44,546 bases of DNA. Source: an uncultured Armatimonadales bacterium. Its GTDB lineage: Bacteria > Armatimonadota > Armatimonadia > Armatimonadales > Capsulimonadaceae. A program made the translations under genes and the position numbers. The stretch covers positions 1 through 44,546 of the forward strand of contig CAXTWM010000001.1 of NCBI GenBank assembly GCA_964247915.1, read 5' to 3'. Below the pieces are notes generated by a model that had not been told where the DNA came from, ran no database searches, and saw only the letters and a list, made by a program, of their open reading frames with translations. The number at the start of each line of letters is the position of its first letter. Position 1 is the first letter of the stretch. Below, in pieces: positions 17,182 through 23,982 of the stretch.

Positions 17182-18246
17182 TCACGGGTTTCTGGCTGAC
17201 GAAGGAGCCACGCTCTCGCGCGCCGCCATCTCCCCCCGGATCACGACGGTCTGCGGCGGCCCCTGGCTGCCCGCCAGCCGGTCGAGCAGCAGGGCGACGA
17301 CCGCCTGCGCGATCTTCCGCGCCGGGTGCGAGACCGAGGTGAGCGGCACGGGGCAGAGGGCGGCGATGGGCTGGTCGTCGTGCCCGACGACGCTCACGTC
17401 CTGGGGGATACGCACCCCGGCGCGCATCACCTCCACCATGAACGCCAGCGCGACGTAATCATTGACGATGCACAGGCCCGTGGGGCGGTCGGCCATGCCC
17501 AGAAACTGCCGCGCCATCTCCGCCCCGCCCCGCTCATAGGCGGCCGTGCGGAAACACCATTCCGGGCGGACCCTGACGTCAAACTCTTCCAGGGCGCGGG
17601 CGAACCCGCGCAGGCGGAACGACTGCGGGCCGTCGGCGTGGCCCGAAAGCCAGGGGGCCGTGTTGGACATGCCGATTCCCAGCCGGCGGTGTCCGCGCTC
17701 CAGCAGGTGACGGGCCGCCCGATAGGCGTTGTCCTCCCGGTCGAAGACGACCTGGTCGCACGAGAGGGGCACGGGGACGTCATAGCTGACGACGATGCCG
17801 CCGGACTTCTGGTACGCTTCCAGTTCCCCAAAGACGCTGGGGTCCAGCATGGAGGCGGCACAGATGATCGCCTGGGGACGCTGCCGGCAGAGGTTCTTGA
17901 GCAGGGCGGCCTGGGAGGTGTCCGCCCCGTCGGCCGGCTCCGGGCAGGTGTAGATCGGGGTCTCGAAGGAGCGCGCGCTCATCTCCTTCTGAATCATCAG
18001 TATCTTTTCGGTGGCGAGGCCGACGTCAAGAACCCCGCTGAAGATGCATACGGTCGGGTTGCGGTGCCCGTTGGCGAGGCGCTGGGCCAGCGGGTTCGGC
18101 TCATAGCCGAGTTCCTGGGTGGCCGCGAGGACGCGGGCGCGGGTCCCGGCGGAGATGTTGCCCTTGCCGGACAGCGCTAGGGACACGGTGGACTTGTGCA
18201 TTCCCAGCGCCATCGCTACATCTTGGATCGTCGCTGGCTTTCTCAT
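17182..18246 (-). CDS. LacI-family transcriptional regulator
   Basis: From the ATG at 18246: MRKPATIQDVAMALGMHKSTVSLALSGKGNISAGTRARV (HTH), followed by a periplasmic-binding-fold sugar sensor domain. The stop overlaps the CE12 reading frame. Confidence 0.9.
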   Translation of the reverse strand: MRKPATIQDVAMALGMHKSTVSLALSGKGNISAGTRARVLAATQELGYEPNPLAQRLANGHRNPTVCIFSGVLDVGLATEKILMIQKEMSARSFETPIYTCPEPADGADTSQAALLKNLCRQRPQAIICAASMLDPSVFGELEAYQKSGGIVVSYDVPVPLSCDQVVFDREDNAYRAARHLLERGHRRLGIGMSNTAPWLSGHADGPQSFRLRGFARALEEFDVRVRPEWCFRTAAYERGGAEMARQFLGMADRPTGLCIVNDYVALAFMVEVMRAGVRIPQDVSVVGHDDQPIAALCPVPLTSVSHPARKIAQAVVALLLDRLAGSQGPPQTVVIRGEMAARESVAPSSARNP

Positions 18247-18249
18247 ATC

Positions 18250-18263
18250 GTAAACCGGTTTAC
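18250..18263. promoter_or_regulatory. Perfect 14-bp palindrome GTAAACCGGTTTAC, candidate LacI-family operator
   Basis: Read directly. It lies 4 nt upstream of the lacI-family ATG. It resembles the generic LacI/GalR operator half-site TGTAAACG/CGTTTACA. An additional half-site, TTGTAAACGG, is at 18293-18302. Confidence 0.5.
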
Positions 18264-18361
18264 AGCCTATTATAGCACGGCACGTTCTGTTTGTAAACGG
18301 CCCCCCTGCCTTCCCCCGCGCGCCCGAGGAGGTTCCGCGTGGGGCGTGCCTTGACGGCATG

Positions 18362-18370
18362 TGATACAAT
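18362..18370 (+). promoter_or_regulatory. Candidate extended -10 (TGATACAAT) for ppk2
   Basis: TGATACAAT lies 22 nt upstream of the ATG at 18392. A G-rich SD-like GGGGGA sits in between. Confidence 0.3.
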
Positions 18371-18391
18371 GGGGCAGGGGGATACGCGACC

Positions 18392-19288
18392 ATGAGCCTT
18401 GCGACCAAACTGGACAAAGAACAGAAGATCAATCTGAACGACTACGCGCCCGACGACAAGGGCGACGAGGACAAGGACGCGAGCGCCGCCGCGCTCGCCA
18501 AGCTGGGGGAGGAACTGTCGGGCCTCCAGGAATGGCTCTATGCCGCCCAGAGCCACAGCGTCCTGATCGTGCTGCAAGGGCTGGACACGTCCGGCAAGGA
18601 CGGCACCATCGCCCATGTGATGGCGAGCATGAACCCGCAGGGCTGCGACGTCGCCTCCTTCAAGGTGCCGACCCCGCTGGAAGCCGCCCATGACTTCCTG
18701 TGGCGCGTCCACCAGCGGACGCCCGCGAAGGGCATGATGACCATCTTCAACCGCTCGCATTATGAAGACGTGCTCGTGACGCGCGTCCACAAGATGGTGA
18801 CGGACGACGTCATCAAGAAGCGCTACGCGCACATCAAGAACTTCGAGCAGGAGCTGGCGGACAACAACACGATCATCCTCAAATTCTTCCTGCACATCAG
18901 CAAGGACGAGCAGAAGGCGCGGCTGGAAGCGCGGGAGCAGGACGAGGAGAAGGCGTGGAAGCTGTCGCCGGGCGACTGGGAGGAGCGCCGGTTCTGGGAC
19001 GCCTACACGGGCGCTTACGAGGACGCCCTGGGCGCGACGGCCACCAAGTCCGCGCCGTGGTACATCGTCCCCGCCGACCGCAAGTGGTTCCGCAACCTGG
19101 CGATCGCGACCGCGCTGGTGGAGACGCTGCGCCCCTACAAGAAGGATTGGGAGGAGACGCTGAAAAAGCTGGGCGAGGAGCGCAAGGCGGAACTGACCGA
19201 GATGCGCCGGACGGAGGGGGCGAGCGGCAAAGACGCCAAGCGCAAATCCGGCGGCTCGAATCCGGGCACGACGCACGAGACGTCTTAA
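18392..19288 (+). CDS. ppk2: Polyphosphate kinase 2 family protein (polyphosphate:nucleotide phosphotransferase)
   Basis: PPK2 P-loop region VLIVLQGLDTSGKDGT and lid region FNRSHYEDVLVTRVH. At 298 aa it has single-domain PPK2 size. Confidence 0.9.
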   Translation: MSLATKLDKEQKINLNDYAPDDKGDEDKDASAAALAKLGEELSGLQEWLYAAQSHSVLIVLQGLDTSGKDGTIAHVMASMNPQGCDVASFKVPTPLEAAHDFLWRVHQRTPAKGMMTIFNRSHYEDVLVTRVHKMVTDDVIKKRYAHIKNFEQELADNNTIILKFFLHISKDEQKARLEAREQDEEKAWKLSPGDWEERRFWDAYTGAYEDALGATATKSAPWYIVPADRKWFRNLAIATALVETLRPYKKDWEETLKKLGEERKAELTEMRRTEGASGKDAKRKSGGSNPGTTHETS

Positions 19289-19290
19289 AA

Positions 19291-19322
19291 GAATGGCGGG
19301 CGGAATTCTCCGCCCGCCATTC
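19291..19322. terminator. Bidirectional stem-loop terminator between convergent genes
   Basis: GAATGGCGGGCGGA-attc-TCCGCCCGCCATTC gives a 14-bp perfect stem. The preceding AAAA supplies a U-tract for the minus-strand transcript. Confidence 0.7.
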
Positions 19323-19340
19323 CCCTTGCCTCCCCCATCA

Positions 19341-21662
19341 TCAGGGGCCGGAAGGCGGCGGCGGGTTGCCCTGCGGCGTCACCAGCTTCAAGCCAGCCGT
19401 CGGCAGCATCGCCCCGAGGAGGATGCGGTCGGTGGCCCCACCGGCGGGGGGCAGACTCAGCAGCACCGAGTCCGCCGGGAAGGTCTGCATGGCCTGCGGC
19501 AGCAAGGGCAGCAGGGAAGCCGCTTCCGCGAGCTGCGCCGGGGTGAGGGCCGAGACGGGTAGACGCCCCGCCAGCAGCGCCGCCCGCCCCATGTCGTCCA
19601 GGCTCCCGTACAGATTTATCGTGTGTGGATATCCCTTCAGCGTGAGGACGGTCATCGAGAACGGCGGCATCCGGGTCGTGAGCGTGAATTCATCAAAGCC
19701 GGGGGGCAGCATCGCCCCCCCCGGCTGCGGGACGCGGTGCTTTAGCTTCTCGAACAGCTTGGCCTCCGTGGCGTCGTTCTGCGGGGCCAGGTCCTTCTCC
19801 TCCGGCTGGAACAGCGCCAGGCCGTTGCGGATCTGCCAGGGCGTCAGCGCGCCGGACACCTCCGCCGCCCAGTCACAATCCTGTTTCATCGCCGCCATCC
19901 GCTCCTCCGGCGTCTGCGGGACGACCGGAACCGCCGCCTGGGCCGCCGCCTCCTGCCGCCGCGCCTGGAGCAGGCGGGCGAACCAGCGGCGCAGGAGGGG
20001 CTGGGGCACTTCCAGGCTGTCGTCGCGATACCAGCGGTTGTTGCGGACCAGGACGATGCCGTCCGCGTCCCGTTCCCAGCTCACATCGCGCTTGGCCGCC
20101 ATCTCATCCAGCTCGGTCGCCAGCGGGCGGCGTAGCGGCAGCTTCCTCTGCTCCGGGGGCATCTCGTAGCCGCTGCGCGAGAGGCTGTCGCAGTGATAGT
20201 CGCAGTAATAGTCGCTGACGTACTCCATGTGGCCCTGCTCGCCCAGCCAGTCCGTCTGCGCCGCCCGGCTGATCACGATCGGCTGCGGGCGGCCATCGTC
20301 GCGCGGCAGCTTGGGCAGGGTGTTAGGCCAGACGCGCCCGCGCTGGTAGTCGGCGAGCTGCCTCCACTCGGGAGGGGCGGCCTGGCCCATGCCGTACACC
20401 TCGTAGATCAGCTCCTTCTGAATGTCCAAAGCGGCATCGCCTTTTGCCAGAAAGCGGTTGGCAAGCTGCTTCCAGTGCGGCCCGGTCATCCCGCCGCCGT
20501 AAACAAAGTCGGCGAGCCGCGACTGGTCCAGCATCAGGACCGGCAGGCTCAGGAGCTGGGGGAGATTTAGCTGCAACGACGTGTTGAGCGACGGCGGGCC
20601 GTTGAAGGGCGTCGCCGTCACCCCAACCCCGTAATTTCGGAACAGGAAGTAGACCTTGCTGGGGTCCAGCGCCGCCAAGCCCTGCTGCGCCTGCTGGGCG
20701 TACTTCTGAAAAGCTGGTGGGAGCGGGGCCAGGTGGTTGGTGATGTTGTCTTGCAGTGCCGCCTTGAACTTCTCCTGCGTCTCCGGCGACATCTGGGACA
20801 GCCAGCCGACCGCGCCGAACTGCTCCCCGCCGCTCCCGTATCCCACATGCCCGACCTCATAGAAGGCAGTCTCCTCCATGTCGGCGGCGATCTGCTCTTT
20901 CAGCGCCGGGGGCAACGCGACGAAGAAGTCGTGCTGGTTCGCTATCTCCTCCTCGATGGCATGATTCGACGGCTCCGGCTCCGGGTCGTCCGCCTGGCGT
21001 CGGCGCGCTTTCGTTTGCATGGCGGCCAGCACCGCCTGCCGCTGGGCCGCAAGCGCCTTCTCGCGCTCGCCCAGGAACAGGCGCCACCACTCGGAGCGGG
21101 TGATGACGGCCTTGTCCGTCAGCGACAAGTTGTAGCCTTCCTTGGTGCGGGTCCACGTCCCCGGCAACATCTCGGCCAGGGCAGTCATCAGGGTCCGCAA
21201 GGGGCGGCGGTTCAGCCGTATCTGGAGCTTAAGGCTCTCGCAGTTGTGGGAGGCGGTCAGGACCAGCTTGTCCGGGTCCGGCTTGGCGTCCGCGCTCGCT
21301 TTCGCATCGGTGCTCGGCTTGGCGTCGGCGCTCTTGTTGACGCTCGGCTTAGCCTGGGTGCTTTCCTTTTGCAGCACCTCGTCGAGTGGGACGCTGATGA
21401 CGTCCAGGGTGACGGGGCAGTCCAGGCGCTTGTCGGCGTCCAGCATCCGCTTCTGGGCCAGGGCCTCCTTCGGGCTGAGGGCGAGGGACGGTCCCGCATC
21501 AGAAGATGGCACGGCGGGTGCGGCGGCAGGCGGCGGGACGGCGGGCTTCTGGGCGGCGGGCTTCTGGGCGAGGGCGTGGCCGGGCAGGGCGGCGAGGAGA
21601 AGAAGGGCCGCCGCCTGCCGGCAAGGCCGGAGGATGGGGCGCGGGGATGACAGTCTGTTCAC
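19341..21662 (-). CDS. Large orphan secreted protein (773 aa)
   Basis: GTG at 21662 is preceded by GGAGG and a 6-nt spacer. The signal-like N-terminus is VNRLSSPRPILRPCRQAAALLLLAALPGHALA. It contains a low-complexity DAKP/SADAK run, and codon third positions are GC-rich throughout. I recognise no catalytic family. Confidence 0.6.
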   Translation of the reverse strand: MNRLSSPRPILRPCRQAAALLLLAALPGHALAQKPAAQKPAVPPPAAAPAVPSSDAGPSLALSPKEALAQKRMLDADKRLDCPVTLDVISVPLDEVLQKESTQAKPSVNKSADAKPSTDAKASADAKPDPDKLVLTASHNCESLKLQIRLNRRPLRTLMTALAEMLPGTWTRTKEGYNLSLTDKAVITRSEWWRLFLGEREKALAAQRQAVLAAMQTKARRRQADDPEPEPSNHAIEEEIANQHDFFVALPPALKEQIAADMEETAFYEVGHVGYGSGGEQFGAVGWLSQMSPETQEKFKAALQDNITNHLAPLPPAFQKYAQQAQQGLAALDPSKVYFLFRNYGVGVTATPFNGPPSLNTSLQLNLPQLLSLPVLMLDQSRLADFVYGGGMTGPHWKQLANRFLAKGDAALDIQKELIYEVYGMGQAAPPEWRQLADYQRGRVWPNTLPKLPRDDGRPQPIVISRAAQTDWLGEQGHMEYVSDYYCDYHCDSLSRSGYEMPPEQRKLPLRRPLATELDEMAAKRDVSWERDADGIVLVRNNRWYRDDSLEVPQPLLRRWFARLLQARRQEAAAQAAVPVVPQTPEERMAAMKQDCDWAAEVSGALTPWQIRNGLALFQPEEKDLAPQNDATEAKLFEKLKHRVPQPGGAMLPPGFDEFTLTTRMPPFSMTVLTLKGYPHTINLYGSLDDMGRAALLAGRLPVSALTPAQLAEAASLLPLLPQAMQTFPADSVLLSLPPAGGATDRILLGAMLPTAGLKLVTPQGNPPPPSGP

Positions 21663-21818
21663 GGGCGAACCTCCTGACAAGATCGAGCAGAACGGCACAC
21701 CGGGCGGAGTCGAGGGACGTCGCTTCGCCTCCGGCCTGCTGATGCTATTATACGACAATGCAAGCAAAAATACAAGCGGGGACGGAGATACTTTCCGGGG
21801 CATCCTGCATGGCACTAA

Positions 21819-21852
21819 TTCGGAGGGTGGAAAACTTTCGGAGGGTAGAAAA
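21819..21852. repeat. Two 16-bp direct repeats TTCGGAGGGT(G/A)GAAAA with an 18-bp period
   Basis: Read directly at 21819-21834 and 21837-21852. They lie between the upstream terminator and the putative promoter region of the 19341-21662 gene. Confidence 0.8.
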
Positions 21853-21875
21853 ATGGGGCGCGATAAATCGCGCCC
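21849..21875 (-). terminator. Rho-independent terminator after the GtaA-like gene
   Basis: The minus strand reads GGGCGCGAT-tt-ATCGCGCCC followed by CATTTTTC. It lies 31 nt downstream of the stop at 21906. Confidence 0.65.
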
Positions 21876-21905
21876 TTACTCGGTGACTTCTTTTGCACAC
21901 ACCTA

Positions 21906-23930
21906 CTACGCAGCGGGCTGGGCGCGGGTGGCCCACTTCTGCCAGACCGCCGGGTCTTTGAGCAGCGGGAGGTACAGGCCGCCGACGACCGAGCGGGCCT
22001 GGAAGCCGGCCTTCTTGCCGTCCGTGGTCCAGTACCAGTCGGTCAGCGGGACGCGGGTGGGGGTCTCGTCGGCCCAGGCGTAGAGCGGCTCGGTCAGGGC
22101 GGCGAAGTCGGCCGGGTCCTCGGCCAGTGTCGCCGTCCAGACGATCCAGTCCAGCTTGGTGTACTCGCTACGGCTGTCGAGCGGCAGGCCGTAGGTGTTC
22201 TGCTTTGTTTTGTAGTAGGCGACCTCGCGGCGGGCGACGTCCGGCGAAAACAGGTTCAGGCCGAGCAGGGCGTCCCAGACGAGGTTGTACTTCTGGCTCC
22301 AGGTGCCGGGCTTGTCGAAGGCGAGCCGGAAGTGGTCGCCGTCGTCGGCCATGTGCGTCCACTCGTCCGCCATCGCCTGCGCGGTTTGGCGATACGCTGC
22401 CGCGTCTTCGGCCCGGCCCGTCTTCTCGCACAGAACGGCGAAGCCGCCCAGGCCCATGATCGCCTTGAGCGACAGGTTGACGTTGTGGGCGAGGTGCCCG
22501 GCGAAGTCGTCGGTGCATAACTGGTTCTCGGGGTTCAGGCCCTTGTCCCGCAGGTAGGTGGCCCACTCCGCCAGCACGGGCCAGTACCTCTCGGCGTACC
22601 GCGTGTGGCCGTCAATCTGAGTCAGGGCGGTCATGAGGATCAGCATGTTGCCGCACTCCTCGACCGGCATCTGGTCGTCCTCGCTCCGCTCGCCGCCGCC
22701 GTAGACCTGGCCGTTGCAGAGCGGGTAGGTGCCCAGGTCGTGCGGCGCGAACGGGAAGCGCCAGTGGGACGTGTTCGCGTAGTCCAGGATGGGCGTCAGC
22801 ATGGCCCGGAGCAGGTCCGGGTTGAGGAGCAGGAAGAACGGCGCGGACGGATAGGTCACGTCCACGGTCGCGATGCAGCCGTTCGAAAAATTCTCTTTGG
22901 ACAGGAACAGGGGCGTGCCGTCGAAGTCCACGGCCAGCTTGTGCGCGGCGATGCACTGCCGGAAGGCAAGGGCGCACAGCGCGGCGAACTTCTCCCCGCC
23001 AGCGCGCCGGAGGTCGGCGGCGATCTCGGCGTCGAAGGCCGCGCAGCGAGCGGTCAGGCCGGAATAGTCGCGCTCTGCCGCCTGAAGCAGCTCGGCGATG
23101 CCCCACCCGTCACGCCGCCAGTAGGGGCGGATCTTGCGGTAGAAGTACTCGATGGAGAAGACGTCGTCGTAGGCCAGCAGGACGTGGCGCGAGACGGGCA
23201 CGTCCCCGACCGCGCCGAGCGGCAGGGCGCAGGCCAGGACGGGCCAGCCGTCGTGGGCGGGGCGCGGGGCGGCGATCAGGTCGGCGTCCGGCAACGTCCC
23301 CGTCTGCAAGAACGCCTGGCGTCCCGGATCGGCCTCGATCAAGGCCGTCGCGCCCCCCGCCTCCTGCGGCACGGCGAGGTAGACGTAGCCCCAGTCAATC
23401 CGCAGGTTGTCGCCTGCCGTCTCCAGGATCGGCTGGCGGGCGGACCCCATCCGCAGCACGTCCATGCCGGGCTGGCGGTAGCGGGACGAGACGACCGCCT
23501 GGTCGGCGGTGTTGACGACCCACTCCCCCTGGACGTGCAGGTAGACGGAAACGTCGTGCGCCGCGCCGTCGGTCGCGCGCGCCTCCCAGGTGATGTAGGT
23601 CACGGGCCGGGCCAGGACGTCCAGGTCGTGGGGCAGCAGCGGCGACAGGAAGGTCAGGGTCAGGCGGACGCCGCCGGCCTCGAATCCGTAGGTCGTGCGC
23701 GTCGCCGTCACTTCGAGGCTCGTTTGCGGCATCGCGTCAGTGCCGCGCGGGAACGTGCCGATGCAGCGGAAGGTCCGGCCGTCAATGCGGGCCAGCCCGC
23801 ACAGGCCGTAGTTGGTGCCGGTCCAGTGCCGGACCTCGGTCTCGGTCAGCTCGTCCGAGACGGACCAGGCGCTGAAATAAGGGTCGTGCGTGACGAGCGG
23901 GACGGCGGGCGGGCGAAACGGCTGGGTCAT
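21906..23930 (-). CDS. DUF4964/DUF5127/DUF4965/DUF1793 protein (GtaA glutaminase-like, putative six-hairpin glycosidase)
   Basis: The N-terminus PPAVPLVTHDPYFSAWS is typical of this family, and the 674-aa length fits. GGAG lies upstream of the ATG at 23930. Substrate is unknown. Confidence 0.7.
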   Translation of the reverse strand: MTQPFRPPAVPLVTHDPYFSAWSVSDELTETEVRHWTGTNYGLCGLARIDGRTFRCIGTFPRGTDAMPQTSLEVTATRTTYGFEAGGVRLTLTFLSPLLPHDLDVLARPVTYITWEARATDGAAHDVSVYLHVQGEWVVNTADQAVVSSRYRQPGMDVLRMGSARQPILETAGDNLRIDWGYVYLAVPQEAGGATALIEADPGRQAFLQTGTLPDADLIAAPRPAHDGWPVLACALPLGAVGDVPVSRHVLLAYDDVFSIEYFYRKIRPYWRRDGWGIAELLQAAERDYSGLTARCAAFDAEIAADLRRAGGEKFAALCALAFRQCIAAHKLAVDFDGTPLFLSKENFSNGCIATVDVTYPSAPFFLLLNPDLLRAMLTPILDYANTSHWRFPFAPHDLGTYPLCNGQVYGGGERSEDDQMPVEECGNMLILMTALTQIDGHTRYAERYWPVLAEWATYLRDKGLNPENQLCTDDFAGHLAHNVNLSLKAIMGLGGFAVLCEKTGRAEDAAAYRQTAQAMADEWTHMADDGDHFRLAFDKPGTWSQKYNLVWDALLGLNLFSPDVARREVAYYKTKQNTYGLPLDSRSEYTKLDWIVWTATLAEDPADFAALTEPLYAWADETPTRVPLTDWYWTTDGKKAGFQARSVVGGLYLPLLKDPAVWQKWATRAQPAA

Positions 23931-23982
23931 GGGGCACTCCGGGGATGGTCGTTGGGGTTTAGTATACCCCGGCGGTGAAGAA

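Noticed and set aside
18351-18356. TTGACG as a -35 box for ppk2.
   Set aside because: Only 8 nt separate it from the TACAAT hexamer, which is incompatible with a 16-18 nt spacer. I kept only the extended -10 call, at low confidence.
17165-18432. Track-defined long starts for the CE12 esterase (17185, GTG) and the LacI regulator (18432). The same applies to MBL hydrolase 39348, LysR 39108, leuD 35071, Uma2 35600 (TTG), sensor 27318, ACAD 27158 and orphan 21815.
   Set aside because: In each case the recognisable domain or signal peptide starts at a downstream ATG/GTG with an SD-like sequence. The upstream extension overlaps a neighbouring gene or regulatory DNA.
23931-23982. Possible promoter (TTGATT...TATACT on the minus strand) or hairpin GGGGT-N7-ACCCC between the sensor stop and the GtaA-like start.
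   Set aside because: The spacer between the hexamers is only ~14 nt and the stem only 5 bp. This is too weak to call either feature.
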